Below, one piece after another: positions 36,090 to 46,982 of a stretch of DNA of 64,000 bases (position 1 is the first letter of the stretch; every line of letters begins with the position of its first letter). Below the pieces are notes generated by a model. It saw only the letters and a list, made by a program, of their open reading frames with translations, made no database searches and was not told the DNA's origin. The stretch comes from Akkermansia muciniphila (GTDB taxonomy: Bacteria; Verrucomicrobiota; Verrucomicrobiia; Limisphaerales; UBA9464), in the NCBI GenBank assembly GCA_945861565.1, contig CAMAUY010000005.1, positions 9,749-73,748 on the forward strand, read 5' to 3'. Made by a program: the position numbers and the translations under genes.

Positions 36090-37172
36090 ATGGTTGTCGC
36101 AATTTCCGCCCTCGTGAAAACTTTGACCCAGGACGATGTCCTCGCCGTTCTCCGCACCGTCAAGTATCCCGGCTATAGCCGAGACATTGTCTCCTTTGGT
36201 CTCATCAAAGGGATTCAGATCGATGGCTCGGCGGTCGGTGTATTGATCGAACTGACAGGCAATCAGCCCGGCATCGGCGATCAAATCGCGGATGCGGCGC
36301 GTTTGGCGCTGCGGGAGCAGGTACCCGGCCTCACGGACGCCCACATCCAGGTACAGGTTCCGAGCGCGGCGGGCGCGGCGACCCCGCCGGGGGGAATTGC
36401 GCAGCGGAACAGGATTCCGGGGATTCACCGGGTTATCGCCGTGGCTTCGGGGAAGGGGGGTGTTGGCAAATCCACGTGTTCTGCAAATCTGGCCTGTGGA
36501 CTACAACAACTGGGAGCGACGGTTGGATTACTCGATTGCGACATCTATGGTCCGAGCATCCCCTTGATGATGGGGTTTCATCAGAAGCCGATGCTGAATG
36601 AGGCGGACAAGCTGATTCCGCCGGTGGCCCATGGAGTGAAGCTCATGAGCATGGGGTTCCTCTTGAACGACGAACAACCCGTGATTTGGCGTGGGCCGAT
36701 GATCCAGAAGACCATCCATCAGTTCATTCATCAAGTGGACTGGGGAACGCTGGATTATCTTGTGGTTGATCTGCCGCCGGGCACGGGCGACGCTCAACTA
36801 TCACTCTGTCAGACGGTTCCGATTGACGGCGGCGTTATCGTCACCACCCCGCAAGAGGCATCGCTCGGAGTGGTCCGCAAGGGGATCGCAATGTTCGAGA
36901 AAGTGAATGTTCCGCTTATCGGATTGGTCGAGAATATGAGTTACTTCGTCGCCCCGGACGGCTCTCGCCATGAGATTTTTGGACATGGGGGTGGCCGAAT
37001 GGAAGCCACTCGGAAGGGCATTCCGTTCCTAGGCGAGGTTCCGTTATTTACAGCCATCCGGGAAGGGGGTGACCGCGGGGTTCCCATTGTGGTCTCGGCC
37101 GCGGATTCGGCGCCCGCCGAAGCCTTCTTGAACATTGCCCGGGCGATCCGCTCGAAGTTTGAAAACGGATAG
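36090..37172 (+). CDS. apbC: Mrp/NBP35 family Fe-S cluster carrier ATPase (ApbC)
   Basis: N-terminal DUF59-like segment (VKYPGYSRDIVSFGLI), deviant Walker A SGKGGVGKST, VVDLPPGTGD. Confidence 0.9.
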   Translation: MVVAISALVKTLTQDDVLAVLRTVKYPGYSRDIVSFGLIKGIQIDGSAVGVLIELTGNQPGIGDQIADAARLALREQVPGLTDAHIQVQVPSAAGAATPPGGIAQRNRIPGIHRVIAVASGKGGVGKSTCSANLACGLQQLGATVGLLDCDIYGPSIPLMMGFHQKPMLNEADKLIPPVAHGVKLMSMGFLLNDEQPVIWRGPMIQKTIHQFIHQVDWGTLDYLVVDLPPGTGDAQLSLCQTVPIDGGVIVTTPQEASLGVVRKGIAMFEKVNVPLIGLVENMSYFVAPDGSRHEIFGHGGGRMEATRKGIPFLGEVPLFTAIREGGDRGVPIVVSAADSAPAEAFLNIARAIRSKFENG

Positions 37173-37302
37173 CAATTCGAGAGGCGCTGCGGGCTGGTTG
37201 GCAATTTGTCCAGCGGGATTTATTCCAGCGCAATTTTGACTTTTGACGGCAGGGCAGAATTCGGGTAGAGAGTAGTTTGATCACGCGGTTTATCCTACTA
37301 CC

Positions 37303-38514
37303 ATGAGCTCCCATCCCCGATTTCTTGCAGTGCGATCCGCCTGGGCGTCTCGAACATCCTGCGGCTTCGCCTTGTTTCTCCTGTCAGGGTTTCTCCCCGG
37401 AGATCTCCAAGGTGGCGACAAGCTGGAGCTCTCGAATCCCGACAAGTCGGCTTATCTTCCGGACTTGCCCGAGACTGGAACGAAGCGTCGCCGGGGGGAT
37501 GCACCCTTCGAGTTCTTGGATCGCCGCAGTTCGACCGGGGGAGCGATGGAAGCTCCCTCGGTGAGTCCTTCCAGCCAAAGTCCGACGCTCGACCCGCGCA
37601 GCCAGCGGAAACTATTGGACGCGATGGATCGCGAAAAGAACTGGAGTTTTCGGAAGGAGTCGGACACTCGGGGCTTCGAGTCCGATACGTCGGAAAAAGA
37701 TCGGGAGGACGAGGCGGAGAACGAACCCTTCGGAAGTGAGCGCAAGACGCTTTTTCAACGGGCCATTGAGGGCGACAATGCCGCGGACGACGGAACCGGC
37801 GAATCGGGGACGGGGACCAAGCGTGAGAAGCGGGATCGCAAGCGATTCCTGGATGCCACCGACCGTCGTCGCGAGAATTCAGACACCCGCACGGACGGAT
37901 TGACCGCCGAAGAGAATGGGCCTCGGCGACTCTACCGTCCGGACCAGCAACTCCGGGATGAGCGCGAGAAGGCGCGGGAATCGGCGGCGAGTGGGTTTGG
38001 GGGGGACAAGCTTGAAGTGGACGATCCGTTCGTCCCCGAGGTGCGAAAGACGACGGGGCTGCGGTCCTTCGGTTCGTTTACGGATTTAGATTCCCAGAAG
38101 CCGATCGTGGACAAGGCCAACGATTCGGCTCGGGCGCAGCAATTTCAGCGCCTCATGTCGGGTACCGATGCCAGCGGTAAGCCGGCCGGATCCGGATTGG
38201 GAAACTTTGGTCAGCCTGCGGGTGACCGGGCTGCACAGTTTCGGAGCTTGCTGAGTGGAAGTTCATCAACCGCGAGTGGCGCCGGAAATTCGGCCTTGCT
38301 GCCGGCGTCGGGGCGCGGGCGAGCATTCGAGTTTCCTTCCGCTGCTTCCTTGGCTCCGCCGCCATCGGGACGTTCCAGTTTGCAGGATTTTGTTCCCGCT
38401 TCGGGAGCGGCAGCGAGCTCGTTTGTTCCGTTTAGCGCTCCGGCTCCTTCCATTCCCAGCCCCTCCTTTCGTCCGCCCCCGGCTTCTCTGCCGGTGCCGA
38501 GCCGGCTCTTTTGA
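37303..38514 (+). CDS. Hypothetical secreted low-complexity (acidic, Ser/Pro-rich) protein
   Basis: Signal-like N-terminus, long charged (D/E/R/K) and S/A/P-rich tracts. No domain recognised. Confidence 0.5.
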   Translation: MSSHPRFLAVRSAWASRTSCGFALFLLSGFLPGDLQGGDKLELSNPDKSAYLPDLPETGTKRRRGDAPFEFLDRRSSTGGAMEAPSVSPSSQSPTLDPRSQRKLLDAMDREKNWSFRKESDTRGFESDTSEKDREDEAENEPFGSERKTLFQRAIEGDNAADDGTGESGTGTKREKRDRKRFLDATDRRRENSDTRTDGLTAEENGPRRLYRPDQQLRDEREKARESAASGFGGDKLEVDDPFVPEVRKTTGLRSFGSFTDLDSQKPIVDKANDSARAQQFQRLMSGTDASGKPAGSGLGNFGQPAGDRAAQFRSLLSGSSSTASGAGNSALLPASGRGRAFEFPSAASLAPPPSGRSSLQDFVPASGAAASSFVPFSAPAPSIPSPSFRPPPASLPVPSRLF

Positions 38515-38521
38515 AAGACGG

Positions 38522-38977
38522 ATGAAACGCTTTCGGACGATCGTTTTCCTGCTTCTCGCTTTGGTTGGGACTGCGGCGACGTCGCCGGATCGAATCATCA
38601 AAGTTTTGCCGCATCTGCTGGATATGGAGGGGCGGCATTCCCTCTCGCCCAGCCTCTACGAACGGGACGCCTACCAGGCGGAGCTTAGGAAGCGTCCGGG
38701 GCGTGTGTCCGGGATCCGATATGACATCCAATGGCGACATGGGGGTTTGAACTCGACCAATGGCCGACTGCAGATGGAATTGCGCTGCGCCGGGCTGGCG
38801 TTGACAAATTCCATCGTGCTTGAATCCGACATCTCAAAGATTCGGCGGCACGGCGGATGGACTCGCGTGCAACTCGATGGCGACGCCTATCAGAAGGCGG
38901 GTAAGGTCATTGCGTGGCGGGCACGGCTTGTCGACGGATCGTTGGTGCTGGCCGAACAGCGATCGTTCCTTTGGTAG
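38522..38977 (+). CDS. Hypothetical secreted protein, 151 aa
   Basis: ATG at 38522 gives the signal peptide MKRFRTIVFLLLALVGTAA. Starts 8 nt after the previous stop. Confidence 0.5.
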   Translation: MKRFRTIVFLLLALVGTAATSPDRIIKVLPHLLDMEGRHSLSPSLYERDAYQAELRKRPGRVSGIRYDIQWRHGGLNSTNGRLQMELRCAGLALTNSIVLESDISKIRRHGGWTRVQLDGDAYQKAGKVIAWRARLVDGSLVLAEQRSFLW

Positions 38978-39116
38978 AATACCGGACCAATCTCAGCGCA
39001 GGAGTGGCAAAGAGCGAAGCGATTAAGTTCATCCATTTGAGGGACACGACACGAGCGGCATTGGGTTGCTAACCTGCGGGGGTTTTCTCTGCTACGGAGG
39101 CGAGAACATTTCTATC

Positions 39117-39872
39117 TTACAGTTGTTCAGTCGCTATTCGGCCGTCGACCAGCTCAATGGTTCGGCCGGCCTGATCCGCAATTCGCGAGTCGTGGGTTGC
39201 GATAACGAGCGTCGTGCCGTGTTCGGCCCGCAGCTCCAGCAGCAGTCGCAGGATTTCACTGCCCGTTCGCGAATCGAGGTTGCCGGTCGGTTCATCCGCG
39301 AGGAGTACCTCGGGGTCGTTGACCCATGCGCGGGCGATGGCGACCCGCTGCTGTTCTCCGCCGGAGAGCTGATTCGGGCGGTGCTCTAATCGCTGGGCGA
39401 GACCGACGCGGTCCAATAGCGCGCGCGCCTTTTTCGCGGCAATGGGTACGGCAATGCGGGCGATGCGGGCTGGCAGAGCCACATTTTCCCAGGCCGTCAG
39501 TTCGGGCAGTAACTGGTAGGCCTGGAATACAAAACCGATCCGGCGGTTTCGAAATCGCGCGAGGGCTCCGCCATCCATCGAGGAGAGGGTCTCTCCCGCG
39601 ACGACGATTGTTCCTGCGTCGACGGTGTCGAGGCCACCGCACAGGTGGAGCAGCGTGCTTTTCCCGGCGCCCGAGGAGCCGCGCAGCGCCAAATATTCGC
39701 CCCGGTTGGCCGACAAACTCACTCCCCGCAGGACATCCAGGGAACGGTCACCCACACGGTATCTTTTTTCGACACCGGTCACTCGCAATACCTCTTCGGC
39801 GCAATTCATCGGGAAAGTCTCTTGAGTCAAGTCACCAGGCGCCCCGGGATCGAGGCGCTGAGTTCTATTCAT
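39117..39872 (-). CDS. lolD: Lipoprotein-releasing ABC transporter ATP-binding protein
   Basis: Walker [10 protein letters not shown], signature [14 protein letters not shown], Walker [12 protein letters not shown]. An alternative start at 39809 is equally plausible. Confidence 0.85.
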   Translation of the reverse strand: MNRTQRLDPGAPGDLTQETFPMNCAEEVLRVTGVEKRYRVGDRSLDVLRGVSLSANRGEYLALRGSSGAGKSTLLHLCGGLDTVDAGTIVVAGETLSSMDGGALARFRNRRIGFVFQAYQLLPELTAWENVALPARIARIAVPIAAKKARALLDRVGLAQRLEHRPNQLSGGEQQRVAIARAWVNDPEVLLADEPTGNLDSRTGSEILRLLLELRAEHGTTLVIATHDSRIADQAGRTIELVDGRIATEQL

Positions 39873-41142
39873 TTCGCAACGCTTCCACCGGGCGCATGGA
39901 TGCCGCGATCCACGCCGGAACCACACCGGCCAGCAGGCACATGAGCAGGGCTACCCCGCAGATCAGTATGAGATCACCCGGCACGACACGTGCGGGAAGC
40001 TCGCTGAAATTATAGATCTCGGCTGGAAACAGTTCCTGGCCCGTCCATCGGCGCATGGCAAATAGGAAATCGTTGCGATAGTGAACCGCCAGCAATCCGG
40101 TGCCAATGCCCGCCAGCACCCCGGTGAATCCGACCACGGAACTCTGCGCTAGAAATAATGCCACCACCTGCGATCGGGTTGCTCCGAGGGATTTCAACAC
40201 GCCAATCTCCCGGGTTTTCTGCATCACAAAGGCGAGCTGCGCACAGATGATACAAAATGCGGCCACGATGGTGATGAAGAAGAGCAGGTAGTACATCATA
40301 CTCTTCTCAGCCTGGACCGCTCCCAGGATCACGCCGAATTCCTGCATCCAGGTGATGACCTCGAAATCCGGTCCGAGATGGGCCACAAGCTGATCCGCAA
40401 CGTGGCGCGTGTTCACCGGATCCGCATCGTCGAGCATCACGGTCAGCCCGTGCGCCTGATCTTCAAGCCCGTACAGGTCCTGAGCATTCGGCAGGGACAT
40501 GATGAGAACCGATGAATTGTACTCGTAGTAGCCGACGTCAAAAATTCCGTTCACCGTGAAATGTCCCGCGACGCGCAGCTCGTCTTCACCCCGCTGGCGG
40601 CTATCCCGCATTTTTTTGAGATCCTTGAGGGAATAGATGGCGAGCGAATCTCCGACGCTCAGGTGTAATGTCCGAGCGAGCTCGCGGCCAATCAGGACAC
40701 TCTCGCCCCGCAGATCAAAACGGCCGGCGATCACCGCGTTTGTCAGGGTGCTCACGCGGCCCTCCACCTTGACATCAATGCCGCGGACAAACGGTGCCAG
40801 CGCGACCGGACTGCCGACGTCGGGTTGGGTTTCGGCGAGCACTTGCAGGAGCACAAAGGGTGCGACCCCCTTGATTCCCGGTTGACGCTCGACGGTCTGC
40901 ATCACGGCACGCCAGTCGTGCAGGGGTCCGCTCGCCTGGAGCACTTTGACATGCGCATTGAATCCCAACACGCGATCCCGCAATTGATGCCCGAAACCCG
41001 TCATCACCGCGATCACGATGATCAGGATCGCCACGCCGAGCATCACGCCGAGAATGCAGATCAACGTGATGATCGAAACAGGGGTGCCTTTTGGCCGGAG
41101 ATACCTCAGGGCGAGGGCCAGTTCGAAGGGCAGTCGTGACAT
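39865..41142 (-). CDS. lolE: Lipoprotein-releasing ABC transporter permease (LolC/E family, FtsX-like)
   Basis: MSRLPFELALALRYLRPK N-terminus, MacB-like periplasmic domain, C-terminal FtsX TM bundle. Confidence 0.85.
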   Translation of the reverse strand: MSRLPFELALALRYLRPKGTPVSIITLICILGVMLGVAILIIVIAVMTGFGHQLRDRVLGFNAHVKVLQASGPLHDWRAVMQTVERQPGIKGVAPFVLLQVLAETQPDVGSPVALAPFVRGIDVKVEGRVSTLTNAVIAGRFDLRGESVLIGRELARTLHLSVGDSLAIYSLKDLKKMRDSRQRGEDELRVAGHFTVNGIFDVGYYEYNSSVLIMSLPNAQDLYGLEDQAHGLTVMLDDADPVNTRHVADQLVAHLGPDFEVITWMQEFGVILGAVQAEKSMMYYLLFFITIVAAFCIICAQLAFVMQKTREIGVLKSLGATRSQVVALFLAQSSVVGFTGVLAGIGTGLLAVHYRNDFLFAMRRWTGQELFPAEIYNFSELPARVVPGDLILICGVALLMCLLAGVVPAWIAASMRPVEALRNE

Positions 41143-41230
41143 CGGGGCGGGAACCTAGAGGCGGCATCCGTGAAGGAAAATCGGAATTTCCAAAAAACGC
41201 CCCTATCCGCGGGGGGCATCGTCGGCGGCA

Positions 41231-42511
41231 TTAGCGCAACCGCTTGACCAGCACTTTTGAATTCCGGCCGCTGGCCTCGTATTTCTCCCGACGCGCGGGC
41301 GGAAGGTCGTCCCCGGTGCCTTCGACAAATCCGGCCTTGCTCTGAAACCAGGTGAAGGCCTGGGTCGAGAGCGTCACCACCTCGGCCAGCCCCAGCTCGC
41401 GGGCTTTCGTTTCTGCGAACTGGACCAACTTTCGGCCGATGCCCTGGTTTTCGTGGGCCGGGCTGACAAACAAAAACGCCAGTTCGCCCTTGTTCAATTC
41501 GGGATAGACATGCAGTGCGACGCAGGCGACGGGGTTCTTGTCGATTTCGAACAGGTAGTAATCTCCCAGCTGTTTTTCAATGGTTGCCCGCGTCCGTTTC
41601 ACGAGTTCGGAATTAATCACGGAATTCTTGGTCAAAATGAGCAGCGAGCGAATGTCTTTCTTCTTTGCCTGTCGGATCTGTTGATATTGGTTGGCGTACA
41701 CCAGCGTCCCAATGCCTTCGTTCGAAAAAACCTCAGCTAACAGGCATTCATCCACCCGGCCGTTGATGATGTGGACGCGGGGCACACCCGCTTCGCAGGC
41801 CTGGACTGCCGCCCGGGCCTTGGAGACCAGTTCGGGCGCGAGTTCGCCGGCCCCTTGGGCCAGCACTTGCTTCAATTCCTCGACCGGCACCTGCCGCAGC
41901 AACTGCCCCTGCCGCGCCAGTCCGTCCTGGGATGTTACAAAGATCAATTTGATCGCCTTCAATTGATCCGCCAGGGCCGCCGCAATCGCATCCGAGTTCA
42001 CTCGATAGGTCTTTCCATCCCCATCGAATCCCAGCGGCGGCACGACTGGAAGGATCCCTTGAGCGAGCAGGGTCTGGAGCAGTTCGGTGTCCACGCGCTC
42101 GACCTTGCCGGTGAACTGATGGTCCACACCGGACAGAATCCCCATTGGATGAGCAATAATGGCATTCGTGCAGGCTGCGCGCAGATCGTTGGCCGAAAGC
42201 CCTTCGAGAATCTCATGCGTCAGGCGGTTCGCGGCGGTCAGTGCTACCTTCAATGTCTCGGCGTCGGTGATTCCCGTTCCATCCAAATTGGACACCGTGA
42301 TCCCCTGTTCGGCCGCCAGCTGGGAGATTTGCTGCGCGGCACCATGCACCAGCACAATGCGAATGTTTAGCGATCGCAGCACCGCCACGTCGAGCAGCAG
42401 GTTGGAGATGTACTCGTCCGTCAGGACGGCTCCGTCCACCGCCAGGACAAAAATGCGTTCGCGGAAACGGGGTATGTAGCGGAGAATCCCCCGCAAATCA
42501 GTTGGTTTCAC
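41231..42511 (-). CDS. argA: Amino-acid N-acetyltransferase (N-acetylglutamate synthase)
   Basis: Amino-acid kinase domain (IVLVHGAAQQ) fused to GNAT (HENQGIGRKLV). GTG start. Confidence 0.85.
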   Translation of the reverse strand: MKPTDLRGILRYIPRFRERIFVLAVDGAVLTDEYISNLLLDVAVLRSLNIRIVLVHGAAQQISQLAAEQGITVSNLDGTGITDAETLKVALTAANRLTHEILEGLSANDLRAACTNAIIAHPMGILSGVDHQFTGKVERVDTELLQTLLAQGILPVVPPLGFDGDGKTYRVNSDAIAAALADQLKAIKLIFVTSQDGLARQGQLLRQVPVEELKQVLAQGAGELAPELVSKARAAVQACEAGVPRVHIINGRVDECLLAEVFSNEGIGTLVYANQYQQIRQAKKKDIRSLLILTKNSVINSELVKRTRATIEKQLGDYYLFEIDKNPVACVALHVYPELNKGELAFLFVSPAHENQGIGRKLVQFAETKARELGLAEVVTLSTQAFTWFQSKAGFVEGTGDDLPPARREKYEASGRNSKVLVKRLR

Positions 42512-42549
42512 TTCAAGACTCAGAACCCGTTGCTACGGGCCACCCATGA

Positions 42550-43212
42550 ATGAGTCCGCGACGCCAAGGATTCAATCCAAAACCACGCACGACAGGTTTG
42601 ACGAATTGGGAGAGTCCGCCCATGGTAGGATACTTCCGCCCCATGACTAAATCGCGCGCCCAATCGTTTTGGCAAATCGTGGCCACCCCTGAGCCTCCCG
42701 AGCTCGGACAGGGTCCACGCAACGGTGTCGCGTCCTCCGCCGCGTTGAACCGAAGGCTGGACGCCTGGATTCAAACCACCGGTATTTCGATCCCGGCAGC
42801 CGTGCATCTGCGTGCCACGGCGCTGCTGTACCACGATCAGCACGATCCGGCCCACGACCTCGTGCAGGAGCTTGTCGATCCCGAGGCCGCCCTCATTCAT
42901 GCGATTCTGCACCGGCGCGAACCGGACTATTGGAATGCCAAATACTGGTTCCGCCGAGTAACCGAGCATCCTGTTTACGTACATCTTCCCGAGCGTCTCC
43001 ACGGGTTCGCTCCAGATCCCACAACCGCCGGATGGTTAAAGAACCTGACGCTCGCAGGACCCCTGGATCCCTTCGCGTTTGTCGATGCCTGCGAGCGGGT
43101 TTCCCGAAGGCCCGCGGAAGATCCCGAGGCCGCATGGCTGCGCAAAGTGCAACAGCACGAATTCGAGGCGCTTGTCGACTATCTCGTGGGTTCAAATACC
43201 CGGGAATGCTGA
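42550..43212 (+). CDS. Conserved hypothetical protein
   Basis: Clean ORF. Internal motif HRREPDYWNAKYWFRRV. Start uncertain (ATG at 42550, 42622 or 42643). Confidence 0.55.
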   Translation: MSPRRQGFNPKPRTTGLTNWESPPMVGYFRPMTKSRAQSFWQIVATPEPPELGQGPRNGVASSAALNRRLDAWIQTTGISIPAAVHLRATALLYHDQHDPAHDLVQELVDPEAALIHAILHRREPDYWNAKYWFRRVTEHPVYVHLPERLHGFAPDPTTAGWLKNLTLAGPLDPFAFVDACERVSRRPAEDPEAAWLRKVQQHEFEALVDYLVGSNTREC

Positions 43213-43722
43213 CAGAAATTTGTTCAATGATGTCGAGTCAATCAATGATCACTCCGAGCATCCGAGAAGCAATCAGCCATTGAATCACCGAGGCAAGCGG
43301 TGAGCCAATTATTGGGGAAAAGTGCCCGGCCACTCGGGCTTTGCGGCCACCCTCGGCGCCGTGGATGCGAGGGCCCGTGAGCACCCGTGCGTTTGGCATT
43401 CGCGGTCGAATCGAATTAGCGGGGTATCTCGGTGTTTCGTACCGACCCAATGGGTCTTGCTGCGGGTTCATGGATCGAGAATCAATCCCCGCAAATTCGA
43501 AGCGACCGCTCATTGGACGCGGGATGAAATCACGAACACGTTCCCCGAAACCAATCGAAAACGAGAACTTCAAATTCCGACTTGGTGCGATTCGTCGAAA
43601 ACCAGTTGCCGCTTGTGGGGTGAGGGGCCCGCGGTTTTCCCATTCTAGGCGCTTGCCAGACGGGCCGTCCGGGGTGTAAAAATGAACAGTTAATCTCTCC
43701 AAAACGTAGCTACTAAGCGCTT

Positions 43723-45084
43723 ATGCTGAAAATCCTTGGACCCAGACCGGCCGACTGCGGCTTCTGTGACGGCGTTTCGCGCCGCAATTTCTTGCGTATC
43801 GGCGGGCTTAGCCTCGGCGGCCTTGCACTGCCGCAGTTACTTCAGGCCGAGGCGGCGGCGGGCGTCCGCTCCGCCGGCAATCAGCATAAGGCGGTCATCA
43901 TGATCTTCCTGCCTGGTGGGCCCTCCCATCAGGACATGTTTGACTTGAAAATGGATGCTCCGGCCGAGGTACGGGGCGAGTTCAAGCCGATCGGAACCAA
44001 TGTCCCGGGCATTCAGATTTGCGAGCACATGCCGCGTCTGGCGCAGCTTGCGGACAAGTACTCGATCATTCGATCCATCGTCGGCTGTAATGGCGACCAC
44101 TATGCAGTCCAGTGCGTCACGGGCCGCGACCACAAGAACATGCCATCGGGGGGCTGGCCGGCATTGGGTTCGGTACTCTCCAAGCTGGAAGGCGCGGTCG
44201 ATCCATCCATCCCGCCGTACGTCGGCATGGCACCCAAGATGGGCCACGAACCTTGGTCCGAGAATGGGCGGGCCGGCTTCCTGGGCGTGGGCCACGCGCC
44301 ATTCCAACCCAATAAGGGGAGCGGTTCGGAGGACATGACGCTCAAAGGCCTCACGCTCGACCGCCTCGCGGACCGCCGCGCCCTGCTCGCGAGCCTTGAC
44401 ACGTTCCGTCGGGAAGTGGATTCGAGCGGCACGATGGGCGGTCTCGACGCCTTTAACCGGCAGGCCTTCGGCATCCTCACGTCCAGCAAACTCGCTGATG
44501 CGCTCGATATCAAGAAGGAGGATCCGAAGCTTGTGGAACGTTACGGCAAGGGCGATCCGAAAAACCGGGATGACGGCGGGCCAAAGTTAATGGAGCACTT
44601 TCTCATTGCGCGCCGCCTCGTCGAGGCCGGGGCGCGTTGCGTTACGCTCGCGTTCAGCCGCTGGGATCATCACGGCGACAATTTTGGCGCACTCCGCCAG
44701 GATCTGCCCCTGTTCGACCAAGGCCTGAGCGCGCTGATTAAGGATCTGCACGACCGTGGGATGGAGAAGGACGTGAGCGTTGTGGTGTGGGGTGAGTTCG
44801 GCCGAACCCCCACGATCAACAAAGACGGCGGCCGCGATCACTGGCCGCGCGTGAGTTGCGCTCTGCTCGCGGGTGGCGGCATGAAGCACGGTCAGATCAT
44901 CGGTGCGACCGACCGACTTGGCGGCGAGGCAAGCGAGCGGCCCGTTCAGTTCGGTGAGGTCTTCGCCACGCTCTATCACAATCTTGGCTTCGACGTGAAC
45001 AAGGTGACGATTCCGGACCTGAACGGCCGGCCGCAGTTTCTGGTGGATAATGGCTATCAACCGATGCGAGAGCTGGTCGGTTGA
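43723..45084 (+). CDS. DUF1501 domain protein (second copy) with Tat-type signal
   Basis: [37 protein letters not shown]. Collinear with 7198..8664. Confidence 0.85.
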   Translation: MLKILGPRPADCGFCDGVSRRNFLRIGGLSLGGLALPQLLQAEAAAGVRSAGNQHKAVIMIFLPGGPSHQDMFDLKMDAPAEVRGEFKPIGTNVPGIQICEHMPRLAQLADKYSIIRSIVGCNGDHYAVQCVTGRDHKNMPSGGWPALGSVLSKLEGAVDPSIPPYVGMAPKMGHEPWSENGRAGFLGVGHAPFQPNKGSGSEDMTLKGLTLDRLADRRALLASLDTFRREVDSSGTMGGLDAFNRQAFGILTSSKLADALDIKKEDPKLVERYGKGDPKNRDDGGPKLMEHFLIARRLVEAGARCVTLAFSRWDHHGDNFGALRQDLPLFDQGLSALIKDLHDRGMEKDVSVVVWGEFGRTPTINKDGGRDHWPRVSCALLAGGGMKHGQIIGATDRLGGEASERPVQFGEVFATLYHNLGFDVNKVTIPDLNGRPQFLVDNGYQPMRELVG

Positions 45085-45095
45085 GCCGTGCTGTG

Positions 45096-46634
45096 TCAGT
45101 CGGCCCGGCTCGCTCGGCTCGACTTAACGATCGCGGCGACCAACCCGTGAATATTGTGCGGTTTCGCCTCGACCGTCGCACTTAATCCCAAGGTCGTCAG
45201 AGCTCGGCTGGTCTCGGGCCCGATGCTGGCCAGTTTCATGCCGGGAAATGTTGCCGCCACCTTCGGCAGATCAAATCGCGCGTGAAAATTCTCGACGGTC
45301 GAGGCGCTTGTAAACGTGAGCCAATCCGCCCCTGCTTTCCGGAATCGTTCCGCCACACCCGCGCGATCCTCCGTCTCGGGAATTGTCCGGTAACACGCCA
45401 CGTCGTCCACAATGCCCCCCTTTTCCTCAAGCATCTTGGGTAGCTCCGGACTGGCCACCTCCGCGCGCATCAGCAGGAACCGCAGATTCTCGACCGTTTC
45501 GTATTGGTTGATGGCATCCGCAATTTTTCGGGCTACGTATTCGTCCGGCGTTACGTCCACCCGCAGGTGAAGCTCTTTTAGTTTGGCTGCCGTCGCCGGT
45601 CCGATGGCCGCGATCCGCAATGCGCCGAGGGCCCGGATGTCATCGTAGGCTTTGAAGAAGTAATCGAAGAAAGCCGTGACCCCATTCGGGCTCGTGAAGA
45701 CGAGCCAGTCATACGAGCCGATTCCCGAGATCGCTTCGACCAACGCCACGTACTCCAACGGCGGCGCGATCTGAATGGTTGGAATCTCCCACACCCCGGC
45801 GCCCCGTTCGCGCAGCTCGTCCGATAGCTGACTTGCCTGCGCCCGCGTCCGCGTCACCACAATCCGTTGACCGGACAGCGGGCGTCCCTCGAACCAATTT
45901 AGTTTTTTCCGTAGGGAAACGACATCTCCGATGATCGTGACGGCCGGCGCTGAGAATTTTCGCGTCTCCGCTAGATCGGCAATCGTCCCGACCGTGCCGA
46001 TCAATGTTTCCTGGTCCTTTGTTGTCCCGTTTCGAATCATCGCCACCGGCGTCGTCGCGGGCAGTCCATGTGTCATCAATTCCTGGGCAATAATTCGTAT
46101 CCGCTCAACCCCCATTAGAATCACCTTCGTTCCGGGCACCCGGGCGATGGCGGCCCAATCCACTCGGCTCGCCGGTTTCGACGGATCCTCATGCCCGGTG
46201 ATTACCTGGACTACTGCGCAGTGATCCCGGTGAGTTAACGGGATACCCGCGTAGTTCGGAGCCGCTACGACCGACGAAATGCCGGGGACGACCTCAAAGG
46301 GCACGCCCGCCGCGGCGAGCTCCTCCGCCTCTTCTCCTCCTCGCCCAAAAACATACGGGTCTCCTCCCTTCAGCCGCACCACGACATTCCCCGCCTGGGC
46401 CTTTTCAATCAGAAGCCGATTCAACTCCGCCTGCGGAATGGTATGATCCCGTGATCGCTTTCCCGCATCGATGAACTCGGATGCTGCGGGCGCCAGAACC
46501 AGCAGCTCCGGGTTCGCGAGGGCATCGTGTACCACCACGTCGGCACGCGCCAGCAGCTCGGCCCCACGGAGAGTCAATAGCCTGATATCTCCCGGTCCGG
46601 CTCCGACGAGGTAGACGATTCCCAACTTTTTCAT
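45096..46634 (-). CDS. cobA: Uroporphyrinogen-III C-methyltransferase / uroporphyrinogen-III synthase fusion
   Basis: MKKLGIVYLVGAGPGD (TP_methylase) followed by a HemD-like C-terminal half. ATG at 46634 preferred over 46748. Confidence 0.85.
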   Translation of the reverse strand: MKKLGIVYLVGAGPGDIRLLTLRGAELLARADVVVHDALANPELLVLAPAASEFIDAGKRSRDHTIPQAELNRLLIEKAQAGNVVVRLKGGDPYVFGRGGEEAEELAAAGVPFEVVPGISSVVAAPNYAGIPLTHRDHCAVVQVITGHEDPSKPASRVDWAAIARVPGTKVILMGVERIRIIAQELMTHGLPATTPVAMIRNGTTKDQETLIGTVGTIADLAETRKFSAPAVTIIGDVVSLRKKLNWFEGRPLSGQRIVVTRTRAQASQLSDELRERGAGVWEIPTIQIAPPLEYVALVEAISGIGSYDWLVFTSPNGVTAFFDYFFKAYDDIRALGALRIAAIGPATAAKLKELHLRVDVTPDEYVARKIADAINQYETVENLRFLLMRAEVASPELPKMLEEKGGIVDDVACYRTIPETEDRAGVAERFRKAGADWLTFTSASTVENFHARFDLPKVAATFPGMKLASIGPETSRALTTLGLSATVEAKPHNIHGLVAAIVKSSRASRAD

Positions 46635-46760
46635 CCGGCAAGGCTGACCGAATCGGGCTGGTCGACCAAGCAGGAATCGAAAATCTCCTACGGGGTCAGT
46701 CAATGGTATTGTAGTATTACCGTCTTTCCAATTCTCAACAAACTCCACCTTCTTGGCATG

Positions 46761-46918
46761 GTGAATCCCGATGTTGTTCGAGAAGGTAGCGGACGCCGCG
46801 CTGCGGCGTCCCCGCGCCGTTCAGGCGCGGCACGAACCGCGCTGCGGCCCTGTCCGCCCGCTGTACGCGGGCGGGGTTGTCGCAGCGCGACAACCTCTAC
46901 CGACAACTTCGGGATGTG
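46761..46918 (+). mobile_element. Structured MITE-like element, family 1, copy C
   Basis: Collinear with copy A, same TIR and same four hairpins. No clear flanking direct repeat; instead the flanks extend the inverted repeat (ttggcatgg / ccatgccaa). Confidence 0.8.
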
Positions 46919-46982
46919 TCCCATGCCAATGGGCGAGAAAGCAAACGGTTGTCCTGGGCTGCAACCCAGCTAGAGTCTTCGC

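Noticed and set aside
33686-37172. Rrf2-nifU-nifS-mrp cluster as something unusual.
   Set aside because: A compact but ordinary ISC/NIF-like Fe-S assembly operon. The motifs are canonical.
43238-43702. 154-aa minus-strand ORF in the gap upstream of DUF1501 copy 2.
   Set aside because: No motif, odd composition, and no sensible operon context. Kept only as part of an unexplained-gap finding.
46635-46760. Possible cobalamin riboswitch in the leader of the cobA/hemD fusion.
   Set aside because: The leader has a hairpin (ggtaat-actac-attacc on the coding strand) and a vague GGAAAGACGGTAAT stretch. I cannot find the conserved B12 box (AGYCMGGAGACCKGCC-like) or the GCCACTG element. It would need an Infernal scan with RF00174 to settle.
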